A DNA stretch of 64,000 nucleotides from Octopus vulgaris (GCA_951406725.2 OX597825.1:13454001-13518000); one strand, 5' to 3'. Positions 24,546 to 39,201 are shown, counted from the first letter of the stretch. The notes: a model not told the origin generated them from the sequence alone. Numbers and translations are program-made.

Positions 24546-25910
24546 GGGTGAGTATCGTGTTACCTCACAACGTAACTTTCGAATAGGCGTCTGTCACATT
24601 CCTGACGCTAGATTCTGCTAATACCTTCCGACCATTCTTTCTCTATCGACTTGGAATTACGCGGTTTCTTTGTTTCTTTGTTTCTTTCTTTGTTTGTTTG
24701 TTCTGTTAAGTAAAAGAACGAACCTAATCTACCTGTATACCACCGTGGCTGTGTGTTTAAGAAGCCTGCCTCCCAACCACAAGCTTCTTGGTTCAATCAC
24801 ACTGCGCGGAACCTTGGGCAAATGTCCCCTGCTTCAGCCGGAAGCCGAAGTTGACGGAAACTGGAAGAAGCCCGTCGTATACATACATACATACATACAT
24901 GTATGTATGTATGTATGTATGTATGTATGTATGTATGTATGTATGTATGTGTGAGTATTGTGTGAGTGTTGTGTCTGTGTCTATGTTTGTCCCCCACCCA
25001 ACCGATTGATAACTAATATTTATTTCTTTATTGCCCACAAGGGGCTAAACATAGAGGGGGACAAACAAGGACAGACAAAGGGATTAAGTCGATTACATCG
25101 ACCCCAGTGCGTAACTGGTACTTATTTAATCGACCTCGAAAGGATGAAAGGCAAAGTAGACCTCATTGATAACTAATATTGGAGGAATTACGTTCTGGTG
25201 ACTTAACGGTTCGGCAAAAGATGTTGATAGAATTCGTACCAAATTTTTTTAAAAAGTGTATATATAGTTCCTGGAGTCGACGATTTATTCGGATAAAAAA
25301 TTCTTCGAGGTACACAGCTCCAGCATGGCCGCAGTCTTATGACTGAGAGACAACAGATATAAGATTTAACACATATTTCCGTGTGTGTGTGTATGTGTGT
25401 TTGTAATTTTCGGTTGCTATTATTGAAAATTTTCAAAAAAGACAAAAAGAAAGAAGGCACCAGAGAAAAGAAGAAGAAAAAGAGAAAAGATAAAGAAAAA
25501 CTGCAGAGGCCGAATTAAAAAGGTCAATAAAGAGAGCAGCGGAGGCTGGCAAGCGTCCAGGTTGAAGGTCACTGGTTGTAATTATGGTATGCGTTACACT
25601 GATAACCATCCATCCAGCCATCCATCCAGCCATCCATCCAGCCATACATACACACATACAGGCATACAGGCATGCATGCATACACACATACGTACGTATG
25701 TATATACATGTATGCATACATACGTACATAAATAGATGTGTGTATGTACGTATGTGTATATGTATAGAGGTGTGTATGCATGCATGCGTGTAGTATACGA
25801 GTATGTGTATTCGTCTATGCATACTCACAGACACACACACACATGTATATACATATGTGTGTGTGTGTGTGTATGTATATATATATACTGTATATACACA
25901 TATATATGTT

Positions 25911-25942
<32 letters not shown>

Positions 25943-25979
25943 CATATATATATACATATATGTATATATATATGTATAT

Positions 25980-26083
25980 GGCACCTTGGGCAAGTGTCTT
26001 TTACTATAGCCTGGCGCAGGCCAAAGCCTTATGAGTGTATTCGGTAGACGGAAACTGAAAGAAGCCCGTCGTTCTCTTATGTG

Positions 26084-26132
<49 letters not shown>

Positions 26133-26345
26133 TTGTGTGTGTGTGTGTTTGGCCTCCCACCATCACTTGGCAACCGATGTTGGTGTGTTCACGTCCCCGT
26201 AATGTAGCGGTTCGGTAAAAAGAGACCGATAGAATAAGTACTAGGCTTACCAAAAAAATAAGTCTTGGGGTCGATTTGTTCGACTAAACGCGATGCTCCA
26301 GCATGGCCACAGTCAAATGACTGAAACAAATAAAAGAATAAAAGA
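25980..26345 (+). mobile_element. SINE family A, 5'-truncated
   Basis: Family A core, internal (tg)n and tail. Confidence 0.85.
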
Positions 26346-26515
26346 ATATATATAGAAATTATATAGTAACACGAAATGGCGGTGCCCCAGCATGGCCACA
26401 GCGCGTGACCTGAAACTAGTTTAATTCAATTCTGTTCATATATATATATATATGTGTGTACGTGTGGGCGTGTATGTGTGTGCGTGTGCGCATGTGCATG
26501 TGCGTGTGTGTGCGG

Positions 26516-26567
<52 letters not shown>

Positions 26568-26719
26568 TGTTGGCAAGGCAGGATTACTTCATTAGACCGA
26601 AAGGTTTCGTGCACTTGACTTCGGATACAACCGTAGCCAGTAAGATTAAAAATATAGTTGTGTGTGTGTATGTATGTGTGTGTGTGCGCACACACACACA
26701 TAACTAAATATTTTTATAT

Positions 26720-26896
26720 ATGTACAAGTACATACACACAGACACATCTATCTTCCTCTGTGTATATATATATATATATATGAAGAAAGCATCATACATA
26801 CACACACACACACATATATATATAAGTATGTATATGTATGTATGTATATATGTGAGTATATGCATACATATATATATATATGCATGTATGTTTATG

Positions 26897-26981
<85 letters not shown>

Positions 26982-27344
26982 CTGTGTGTATGTATATATA
27001 TATGTGTGTATATATATATCTCTATATATATGTATATATAAGTATGTATGTATATACACACATATATATATGTATATGTATATATATATATATGTATATA
27101 TATGTATATATATGTTTATATATATGTGTATGTATGTATGTATATGTATATATATATATGTGTGTGTGTGTATGTATATATATATGTGTGTTTATATATA
27201 TATCTCTCTCTATATATATGTATATATAAGTATCTATGTATATACACATATATATATATGTATGTATATATGTATTTATGTATGTATATATATATATATA
27301 TATATCTATATAAATGTATATATATATGTATATATGTGCGTGTG

Positions 27345-27386
<42 letters not shown>

Positions 27387-27410
27387 CACATACACACGCA
27401 TGCACACACG
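26720..27410. repeat. Degenerate (TA)n/(TATG)n/(CA)n tract
   Basis: Read directly from the sequence. Confidence 0.9.
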
Positions 27411-27773
27411 ATGCTTTCTTCCTTCGTATTATTAAATTCACGGCAGGCTCTGTCATGTCTTCTAAGACAGTCGAATGTACATCGGCTGAAATACCAGCAC
27501 AAACCAATGCTATATTTAGCTGCAAAGCTCAGCCGAAAGTGCTGCATGCGGAGTTGTTTTGCTGTCTTCGTACAAGTTTAGGTTTCTACTTCCATCTCTC
27601 TTGTAACTCTCAACTTAAATTATGCGGACCCTTTAATAGACGCCTGCGAAGTTTCGAACTAGCTTACACACGCACACACACGCACACACACACACACACA
27701 CACATACACACACAGGCACACAGACACACACACAGTCACATACACATACACACATAAGCAAATATGCTCTGTA

Positions 27774-27880
<107 letters not shown>

Positions 27881-28544
27881 GTCTATCTGTCTATCAATCA
27901 ACTCCTCACTCTCTCTGTGTCTATCTGTCAATCAGTCTGTCTGTCTGTCTATCTATCAATCAATCAATCTCCCTCTCTCTCTCTATCAATCACTCACTCA
28001 CTCAATCAATCAATCAATCAACCAATCAATCAATCAGTCAATCTATCAATCTATCCATCCATCCCTCCATCCATTTGTCTGTCTGCCTACCTGGGTGTCT
28101 GTTTGACGGGTTGTTCAGCAATTCATCTACCTTCTATCCTTTGCTTGTTACAGTCATTGGAATACGACCATGCTGGTGCACAATCTCGACGGGGTTTAAC
28201 CAATTCAATTAACCCCAGTATTATGCTGTTTTCTTTTTCGTCAGTTTCGTTTTGTTGTTGTTGTCTAGCGGTCTCCTTCGCAAATAACAAAAAAAAATGC
28301 CCTCTACGTTACGGGGAGACAAACAAACCAACAGCGGTTCTGAAATGGCTGACGGGAGCAAACACAAAGGCGTGCACCCACACAAACCCACTCGCGCATG
28401 CGCATACCCCACCCTCACACACACACACTGAGCGTCAGACTAATACATTCCATGTCAACGTCCTCTTCGTTAATCTCATTCTTAACGTTGTTTATTCGAT
28501 TTAACTATGTATATATATATATATATATATATATACTCTTTGAC

Positions 28545-28908
28545 ATGTTTCAGTCATTTGACTGCGGCCATGCTGGAGCACTGCCTTTTAGTCGAGCAAA
28601 TCGACCCCTGGACTTATTCTTTCTAAGCCTAGTGCTAAATTACGGGAACATTAACACACCAGCATCGGTTGTCAAGTGATGTTGGGGGGGGGGACAAACA
28701 CAGACACACAAACACACACACACATACACACACATATATATACATATATACGATGGGCTTCTTCCAGTTTCCATCTACCAAATCCACTCACAAGGCTTTG
28801 GTCGGCCCGAGGCTATAGTAGAAGACACTTGCCCAAGGTGCCACGAAGTGGGACTGAACCCGGAACCATGTGGTTGGTAAACAAGCTACTTACCACACAG
28901 CCACTCCT
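28545..28908 (-). mobile_element. SINE family A
   Basis: Reverse-complement family A with an internal deletion. Confidence 0.85.
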
Positions 28909-28916
28909 ATGAAACC

Positions 28917-28949
<33 letters not shown>

Positions 28950-28975
28950 TGTATGTATGTGTGTATATGTACGTG

Positions 28976-29270
28976 AAGGCGCGTGGCTTAGTTGTTAGGG
29001 CATTCGGCTCATGATCGTAAGATTGTGAGTTCAATTCCCGGCGGCGCGTTGTATCCTTGAGCAAGACACTTTATTCACGTTGCTCCAGTCCACTCAGCTG
29101 GCAAAAATGAGTTGTACCTGTACTTCAAAGGGCCAGCTTGTCACATTCTGTGCCATGCTGAATCTCCCTGAGGACTACATCAAGAGTACACGTGTCTGTA
29201 GAGTGCTCAGCCACTTGGACGTTAATTTCACGAGCAAGCTGTTCCGCTGATCGTATCAGCTGGGATCGGC
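28976..29270 (+). mobile_element. tRNA-derived SINE with a CORE-like domain (family C variant)
   Basis: A box gtggcttagttgtt, B box gagttcaattcc and ccttgagcaagacacttt...ccagtccactcagctg. The 3' part is shared with 40000-40145. Confidence 0.8.
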
Positions 29271-29429
29271 GTGGTTCCGCACAGTTTCCGCCAACCAAAT
29301 TATCTCTCAAGGTATTACTCGGTCAGTGGCTATAGCAGAAGACACCCAAAGTGCCGCGTAGTTGACCTAATCTCGAAGCCACAAAACGAACTATATATCT
29401 GCCTTTGTTCTTACGAACACACACACACG

Positions 29430-29473
<44 letters not shown>

Positions 29474-29524
29474 TACACACACTCACACACATACATACAT
29501 ACATACATGCGCGCGCATATATAT

Positions 29525-29755
29525 ATTTCTTTACTGCCCACAAGGGGCTAAACACAGAGAGGACAAGCAAGGACAAACAAACGGATTAAGACGATTACAT
29601 CGACTCCAGTGCGTAACTGGTACTTATTTAATCGACCCCGAAAGGATGAAAGGCAAAGTCGACCTCGGCGGAATTTGAACTCAGATCGTAGCGACAGACG
29701 AAATACGGCTACGCTTTTCGTCCGGCGTGCAAACGATTCTGCCTGCTGGCCGCCC
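29525..29755 (-). mobile_element. SINE family B
   Basis: Reverse-complement family B with the acaaacaaggacaga-type tail variant. Confidence 0.85.
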
Positions 29756-30848
29756 TCAACGCGCGTTTATAGAAACACGCACACACATTGTATCAGAGAC
29801 ACACATTGTATCCTAGACTCCAGATGAGGATTCTGCAAAGTTTCCTAAACAACCGGCACTGATATGATTTGTGTATGATGACCACACGTATGTGCTGTTA
29901 ATTAGGTCACCCCTTCAATTAAATGGTCATTACCTGAACAGGTGCGCCGTGTACCGCACGTTAAGGTGCCCAAATATAACGAACCGTTTTTTGCTCAAGA
30001 ACATCGCAATCACCCGTCTCGGTAATCGAAACCACAACCACGGCGACCCTGAATACAACACCCTAACCACTAGACCACGCTCACTCACACACATACAGAC
30101 ATGCAGACAGACAGACAGACAGACAGATATGCAGACAAACAGATATGCAGATAGACAGATATGCAGACTGACAGACTTAAGGTCTCCACTACTTTGGCGC
30201 GCTCTCACAAAATTTCTACTTCAACCCAACCCCTTAATGGAAGCAGTTTTAAAAACACACACACACACACAGACACACACACACGCGCTGTACATGCATA
30301 CACAGGCCCTTAATTACTCCTGTCATTTCAACACCCGTACCCCTCCCAACACTTGCATAAAGTTAATTGCCTAATTAACACTAGCCGTGTTCACTCAAAG
30401 ATATTTAATCAACGGTCTACATACTTGAAACCAACACTCCTCTGTTTTCCCCACCCCTTGTTCAATGAGACGGTCTAATTTATATACTAATTTAATTTAC
30501 ACTGTTGGGTTTGTTTACCTGCTTGGGAATGATCCAAAGAGGGGATAGGGGGGACACGGTTTTTTCAAAACTGTTGATTGTGCTAAATATAGCAGCGAAA
30601 TAACCCTCGTATCACAGTTACTGCGCTATTATAAAACGGAAGAACAATATGGCGAAATGTACTCCTGCACGCGATAGGCTTGGGAAAGAAAGTCAACGAG
30701 GTGGTCACGCTTCGTAACGTCAAGTATACTCTTGATCAAGAGGCCTGGTCAATCAGGGGTGACCTGAGGCTAAACAACATCAGTGGCAATAAACTGTTTG
30801 ACCATAATCATTATAACACAGACACACACAGACAGAAACACACTCACA

Positions 30849-30932
<84 letters not shown>

Positions 30933-31229
30933 CTACCTTGAAACCGAGTTCTTCAAAAAAAGAAATCTTAGTGGTCTCAAGACAAATCATGTTGCGTATT
31001 TATGAATCTTTATCTCAATATCGAGCAAAATGGTGGAATGGTGGAATGGGAAGAATATAGAGAATATAGAAGACTATAATTGTCTGGAATCGAGATTACT
31101 GGAACCAGTTCAGAGAAAAATATTGGATAAAATACGGAAATGTTATCGTTGGTCAATATGTCAACGACGATTTGGAATCTAATAGGATTAAGTTCACGGT
31201 ACCATTACAAAGGTATATATAATAATAAT

Positions 31230-31287
<58 letters not shown>

Positions 31288-31494
31288 TAAATATAAATAA
31301 TAAATATACATGTATATATATATATATGTATGCATATATGCATGTATGTATGTATTTGTGTATGTGTATGTGTGTGAGTGTTTTTATACACATATACGTG
31401 TGTGTACATATGTGTATATATGTATATATGCGTGTGTGTTTATATACATGTATACACAACACACACATGCACACATACACACATATATATCCAG

Positions 31495-31543
<49 letters not shown>

Positions 31544-31590
31544 TAAATAATATATATATAGATGTATATATATATATATATGTATGTATG

Positions 31591-31623
<33 letters not shown>

Positions 31624-31711
31624 GCGTGTGAGTGTTTTTATACACATATACGTGTGTGTACATATGTGCATATATGTATATATGCGTGTGTCTTTATGTA
31701 CATGTATATAC

Positions 31712-31776
<65 letters not shown>

Positions 31777-32333
31777 CCAGATCTGAACAGCATATAGTAA
31801 AATAGACTAAAACCAACAAGTATTACAAATAAATTCAGAAAAACAGTCACTGAAATATGTATATGTATGCATGTATGTATGTATGTATGTATGTATGTAT
31901 GCATGTATATGTATGTATTTATGCATGTATGTATATATGTATGTATGCATGTATGTATGTATGTATGTATGTATGTATGTGTGTATGTATGTATGCATGC
32001 ATGCATGTATGCTTTAGATTAATGCCTTAGATTAAGAAGGCGTACAGCGGTTCTTCCTTGTACATTATTATTTAAATTAAGTTGCAAAACATTGCTCTCC
32101 ATTTTGAAGTGATGCCAGAAGAGGAGGGTCTGTTCAGTGAAGTGAGTTGAGGGAGAGAGGGAGAGGAGCTGCTTACAATGTGAAACGTCTGTTGCCGTTC
32201 TTTCGTACAATGTCTTAAAGATGACCTTGGTAAATGATGTTTTGTGTTGTCAGATAAGTCCGTTCGTTTGTTTGGTACTCGTACTCAATTGTCGTATGCA
32301 AGGAAAAGAGATGAAAATTTATGGGAATTTTAG

Positions 32334-32761
32334 GGATCTTTTCGGTTTGAACGGCAGTTTTTTTTAAATAATTTCCACGTAACTAAACAGTTTTAAACTT
32401 CGTATACTGAATGAATGTGTTTATAAAACATCTTTTACTCTTGGCTTTATTGAGAAAATTCTATAGTTTGTAAGATATTTGTTTTGTTTTTTTTTTCTTC
32501 AATTTCTGCAATTTCAACCAATGAATGACGTCTATTGAGGTTAAAAAAACATTCTGTGCCGTATGAATATGTCCCTCGTTTAAGAAACAGATTGGGTTTA
32601 TTTACATTTCAGAAGAAAAAAAAATACCTTCCCCCCACTCCTAACCCTAACTAACCCTAAAACAGATTGAAATGCAATAGATTGATACCAGGGTCATAAT
32701 TATGAGTGACAATTTCATATGACACTCTTGAAAAAAACTGCCGTTCAAACCGAAAAGATCC
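32334..32761 (-). mobile_element. TIR element copy 3, opposite orientation
   Basis: ggatcttttcggtttgaacggcagttttt ... aaaaactgccgttcaaaccgaaaagatcc, with internal cctaaccctaactaaccctaa. Confidence 0.9.
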
Positions 32762-33025
32762 GAAATTCGCTTTACAAAAATGTGACTGTAAGTTCGGTCC
32801 CATTGCGTGGCACCTTAGGCAAGTGTCTTCTATTATAGTAGACCCTGACTAACAAATTCCTTGAGCGAACTTTCTAGACGGAAACCGGTTGCAAGCCTTT
32901 CGTGCTGGCCTTGTCCTAAATTTTGAAACCTAATTTTTCCCATTCTTGTACCAGTCGACAGACTGCGGCCTTGCACAGGGTCTCCGCCTTCGAACATTAT
33001 CGTTGCTTATATGTATATGCACCTA

Positions 33026-33159
<134 letters not shown>

Positions 33160-33468
33160 CACACACACATACTGTATATTTGTGTAAAGGGCAGACGTTG
33201 TCTCACAAGCAGTTGTACAGGCAAAAATGTTAGTAAGTGTGTATGGTTGGATTGACCTGAAAATCTGCACACCTATGTTAAAAGTGGTGGGGAGTCTGCA
33301 TTGCAACTTTGAGTTTGATCAATTGAGAGACGTGGCCTCTAGGGCAAAATTCCTCATCTTTAAATTGTGGCCCAAGTAGACCCGATTGAAATCGGGTTAT
33401 AATACTAGTATGTATGTATGTATATATGTAAGTATGTATGTATGTATGTATATATGTATGTATGTATG

Positions 33469-33528
<60 letters not shown>

Positions 33529-33986
33529 TGTATGTATGTATGTATATATATGTATGTATATGTATATGTATGCCTATGCTGAATATAACGGATTAAAAAG
33601 GTCACAGTATTAGAGTTGATTAGTTTTTACTTATATATCTCAATAAGTTGTTATATTTCCTGTGACCATTTATAATGAGGATTAATTCCCCCGTAATCCT
33701 TGCAATCTTGTTGCATTGTAATCTTGTATACTGTCAATGTTAATCTTCAAATGCATTTTGTAGTGCGCCTCTCTAAACATCACACATCATAACGCAAAGA
33801 CTTTACACATATATATAAATATGACGTTTGCTGTACTAAAACCGAAAGTAACGTCGGGTCTAGAAATTATTGTGGCACACTTTAGTTGCCTCTTTTTGCG
33901 TTCGATTTAGTTAAGAGAAATCCCTTGAAGAAACGCAAAAAAAAAGGAAGTTCCACAAAATTTAAAAGTTCCTTTATTTACGATAC

Positions 33987-34025
<39 letters not shown>

Positions 34026-34125
34026 GACGAAATGTTCCTATAAGGAAGAGGAATATTTTTCAAGAAAGAAATATATAAGAAGCGGTGACGTTCATGCATT
34101 TCCCCCAGGAGCCAAACAAAAAACA

Positions 34126-34170
<45 letters not shown>

Positions 34171-34195
34171 ATTATTATTATTATTATTATTGTTA

Positions 34196-34256
<61 letters not shown>

Positions 34257-34304
34257 TACTATTATTATTATTATTACTACTATTATTATTATTATTACTA
34301 CTAC

Positions 34305-34355
<51 letters not shown>

Positions 34356-34442
34356 CATTATTATTATTATTATTATTATTCAGGTAACTGCATATGTATA
34401 TATATGTATATATACATATATATACACACACATATATACATT

Positions 34443-34502
<60 letters not shown>

Positions 34503-34515
34503 GTAGGTAGGTAGG

Positions 34516-34584
<69 letters not shown>

Positions 34585-34585
34585 G
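34126..34585. repeat. (ATT)n and (AGAT)n microsatellites
   Basis: Read directly from the sequence. Confidence 0.95.
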
Positions 34586-35503
34586 TACAGAGAGCAATAA
34601 TCTTCACAGTGACTTGAATTATAATTATTGTACAAAAAAGCAGGACACAGAATCGCCTTCTAAACTCCATTTTTAACTCTCTGTGATTTTATCTTCTTAA
34701 TTCAAAGCCGTAAATGAAATTTTCTGAATCGACTTCATTAAACAATTGATATCGCATCAAAGTTTTATATCAACCAGAGAGATAATTTCGATTTGTAGAG
34801 AGAAATAATAAGGATGCACTGTATCTTAATGAGAGAGCTTAACTTAAGCCGACTTTACTAGATTACTGAACTTGCGACCGCTTAATCTTTTATCTGCGCT
34901 AATCTTCGATAATTAACCAGTTGTCGTTTTTTTTTTTGTGTAGGCTTCCTTGTCGTTTTTCTCTTGTTGTTGTTGTTGTTGTTGTTGTTGGTGGTGGTGT
35001 TGGTGGTGGTAATTTTTCTCTTATCTGTAAACAAAAAAGTTGCTGGTTCATATATGTAAATATCCGCATATTTTAACCTTTTTGCGTGCGTGTGCATAGA
35101 ATGCGCATACACTAATATACAAATGCAAATCTATATGCCATACATTCAGACATACGTAGATTCATACACACATGCATGCATACATACATGAATACGTGCA
35201 TACGTCCGGATATATACATACGTACGTATGTGTGTGTGTGTATGTATATATATATATATACAAGATAAGAAAATGGAGAAATACATCTAAATCAAATATC
35301 AATTACCAGATAATACTCAATCACATACTTTATTAAACCACCACATAAGAGACTGTAGGGTTAAATATAAAAAGCAGAACAAATCAGTGTACGATTGCAT
35401 CGCAATCATTAACATTTATGTATTAACTTTGTTGGGTACTTCACTAGCAGTATATTGGATATACGTTATCCCATAGAGGGTTGCATTTACACCCTCTATC
35501 TCA

Positions 35504-35547
<44 letters not shown>

Positions 35548-35570
35548 TTTCATACACACATAGGCGCAAA

Positions 35571-35905
35571 GAGTGGCTGTGTGGTAAGTAGCTTGCTTAC
35601 GAACCACATGGTTCCGGGTACAGTCCGACTGCGTGGCACCTTGGGCAAGTGTCTTCTACTATAGCCTCGGGCCGACCAAAGCCTTGTGAGTGGATTTGGT
35701 AGACTGAAACTGAAAGAAGCCCGTCGTATATATGTATAATCAGCCGAAATTGCGAGGAAAATCTGGTTCTTGACTGAAGATAGAAAACTTCGTCCTTGTT
35801 TTCTTTGCATTGTCTTTCTGGATGTTTTGATGTCCCCTTTTTGTATCACCTAGTTGTCCGGATGTTTTGCGTTCTTGTCCTATTTTGTATTATATATATA
35901 TATAT

Positions 35906-35976
<71 letters not shown>

Positions 35977-36188
35977 TGTATATTTGTGTGTCTGTGTTTG
36001 TCCCCCCAACATCGCTTGACAACTGATAGTGGTGTGTTTACGTCCCCGTAACTTAGCGGTTCGGCAAAAGAGAACCGATAGAATAAGTACCAGGCTTACA
36101 AAGAATAAGTCGTGGGGGTCGGTTTGCTCGACTAAAGGCGTTGCTCCAGCATGGCCACAGTCAAATGACTGAAACAAGTAGAAGAGTA
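35571..36188 (+). mobile_element. SINE family A with a ~140-bp insert in its internal (TA)n
   Basis: Head at 35571-35727, insert at 35737-35890 and tail at 35990-36188. Confidence 0.85.
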
Positions 36189-37220
36189 TACAATATCCTC
36201 TTTAGTCGATGCACAGTGATTTCTTATAAGCTTTACGCTTATTAAATATCATTTATTATTGTAAAAATCGGCACCGCTTATCAAACCATAATACACACAC
36301 ACACACACACATTTGCGGGGGCTGGGGTGGTAGAAGACAGTTGTGTTGTTTCTTTCTGAAAGATTCCTCAGTCATTCAGTAACATCTTATGGGCTAGTAA
36401 GGTGGCGAGCTTAGCTGCCTTTCGCCCGTCCTTGCGTTCAAATTGAGTTCTAATTCCACCGAGGTCGATTTTTGCCTTTCATCTTTCTGAGGGTCGATAA
36501 AATAAATACCGGTTGAGCAATTGGGGTTGATTAAATCGACTTACTCCCTCCACAGGAATTGCTGGCCTTTTGCCAAAATTTGAAACCAATATCTTATGGG
36601 CTAATACTTTTCAAAGTACGTTTGGCTCTTGGGAGACAAAAGGGACACCACTGATAGCTTACAAGTAGTTTTAGATAACCAACAGCCGTTTAAGAGTGAA
36701 TCAAAGTCAGGTGACTTCTGCTTCATTAAGGACTCAACCATCCTACACTGTTCCCATGAATGAGTTTAATTCCATTACTGCCAAACATCCAAATTCTTGA
36801 TCGCGAATTTCCAACAACTCACTTGTCATTTCCGCTGATGTATATAAGAGAACGGGTAATGATGTATAACTCGCACAACTTAAAGTTGCCGTATTACTTT
36901 CAAATAGCTTAACACAGTTTGGGGGGTTCTAAAATGAATGAAAGTTTCTCGAAATTGATGACGGAGACATCCCATGGTTTCACAAAGGGAACTGGTGAAA
37001 CCCCTCAGGTTTATTAGCGGAACTCCTTTGTTGTACACAGAGGAAGGTATACCATTGTAACATATAATACCCAACATAAATGTGATTGTTTTTATCTTAT
37101 ATAAAGCACATATGTTCTATTCTATACATTGGTCATGTTAATTTGAGTTTTGTTGTGTTTACGTCCCCGCCATCCTGCAGTTCGGCAAAGGAGACCAATA
37201 GAATATTTTAATATATATAT

Positions 37221-37460
37221 AGGGAGAGTTTACGAAAAAAAAACAAAAGACGAAGACAGGCGGTGTACAAAACAAACAGAGGTATTAGTATAACGCTCAG
37301 GAATAGAAAAAGTCTTTTACGTTTCGAGCCTACGCTCTTCTACAGAAAGGGACACAGAAAAAACAAGGAGAGAAACAAGGAGAGACAAAAAGGAGAGAAA
37401 AAGGGAGAGAAAAAAAGGAGAGAAAAAAATGTGTAGTGGCTAACGATCTATCATGGCGCT
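37221..37460 (-). mobile_element. (TA)n-embedded element with a hammerhead-like motif
   Basis: Minus strand 37349-37314 reads CTTT CTGTAGA A GAGC-gtag-GCTC GAAAC GTA AAAG. It is near-identical in reverse complement to 54010-54203. Confidence 0.7.
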
Positions 37461-37631
37461 TTACATATATATTTAAAGTAATGCGGTTGATTCGTCCGAC
37501 TAGAATTCTCCTTGGCGGTGTCCCTGCATGACTGCAGTCTAATCAATGTAACAAGTAAAATATATATTATTCTTAGTGTAATTTTTGAAGAGTGCAAGTT
37601 CGATTTTAACAGTTATATTTTCAAAACTATA

Positions 37632-38636
37632 ATGGAAGTGACAAAGGAGCATATTCGGCATATTTTGCTTTATGAGTTCAATAAATGCAACAACGTAACG
37701 CAACGGAAAGTGCGAGGAATAATAATGCAGTATATGGCCAGTGTCAACGGTGGTTCAAGAAATTCCGAGACAGAAACTAGAGCTTAGAAGACGGGTCTCG
37801 TCCTGGAAGATCTGTAGAGCTCGATGACGACATCCTGCAAACACTGGTGGAACAAAACCCCATCGTAAATGTTGATGAACTAGCAGAGAAGCTTGGATTT
37901 GGTCATTCAACCATTTATTGACAACTGCGTGCTATCAGAAAAGTCAGAAAATTGGGTCTATGGGTTCCTCACAAAATTTCCTAGTCTAATCGTGCGCATA
38001 GGGTGAATGTGGGCTCTTCTTTGCTGTCATGTCTCATGAATGACCCTTTTTTTTTGACCGAATAGTGACCGGTGACGAGAAATGGGTCCTCTATAAAAGT
38101 GTCAAGCGCCGAAGGGAAAGGTAAAACACCGGCACCCCAGACTAAAGAAGGTCTTCACCCACGTAAAGTGTTGTTATCTGTTTGGTAGGTTATGAAAAGT
38201 TTAGTCCACTTCGAATTTTTAAACCTAAACTAAACGATAACAAAGGAGATCTACTGCGAGCAGCTTGAGCGGCTTACGTCAGCGCTAGAAGAAAACGACC
38301 TTCTTTGGTTTCAAGGCAGAAGGTGTTTCTCCATCAGGATAATGCTCCACCACATACGCCGAGGATGACATTCGAAAGGCTGGAGCAATTTGAATGGGAA
38401 AATGATGCCCAACCCACCATATTCGCCGGACATTGCCCCATTTGATAATCATTTTTCTACAGTCTTCAAAATCATTTGGATGGAAAGAATATGAATTCTG
38501 TAGACGAGTTCAGAACAGTAATGGCGGAATATTTCCCGTCACGAACAGGTGAATTTTGGAAGAGAGGCCTTGCAAGTCTACCAGATAGATGGAAAAGAGC
38601 ATTGTAGAAAATGAAGGAGAGTATATTTTAGATTAA
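37632..38636 (+). pseudogene. Decayed mariner (DD34D-type) transposase
   Basis: MEVTKEHIRHILLYEFNK, then across frameshifts and stops: WVPHKI, IVTGDEKWVLY, LHPRKVLLSVW, HQDNAPPH, PPYSPDIAPFD, FWKRGLASLPDRW and ENEGEYILD*. Confidence 0.92.
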
Positions 38637-39045
38637 AAAAGAACTTTGTTACCGCTTTATTTATGGGATGAATCAATGTATATATAATGAATATGCACTC
38701 AAGACATCATAGAGAAGAACGGAGAACTGTAAACCTCCAAAATTCATTTATTACTGTGTTATTCCTATTAACCTCCAATCCGACACGTGTTTCTGTTGGC
38801 TAAGTGTACCAGTGTCCTTTGATGTAGCAGTTATGTGCATATAGTTAGCTGGGTTTGGATTATATGATTGTTCTATTAAGGTACCTGCACGGATTTCATA
38901 TCGCTATGGCTTTACGTTATAATGTGTGTAGAATATGCTCAAATATCTAACTCAAACCACGTGGAAACAAAAAACATCGTCCCGTAAACGTATACGTATA
39001 CGTGCATACGAAAAGGCTCATCATGGATATGTATATTCACAAACA

Positions 39046-39201
39046 GTGGCTGTGTGGTAAGTAGCTTGTTTACCAACCACATGGTTCCGGGTTCAGTCCC
39101 ACTGCGTGGCACCTTGGGCAAATGTCTTCTACTATAGCCTCGGGCCGACCAAAGCCTTGTGAGTGGATTTGGTAGACGGAAACTGAAAGAAGCCCGTCGT
39201 A

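Noticed and set aside
23722-24621. 299-aa ORF, the longest in the window
   Set aside because: It is a poly-Val/Ser translation of a (GTA)n microsatellite with no domain content.
32019-32300. Unique segment with a 63-aa minus-strand ORF
   Set aside because: There is no recognisable domain, real start codon or splice signal, so it cannot be called an exon.
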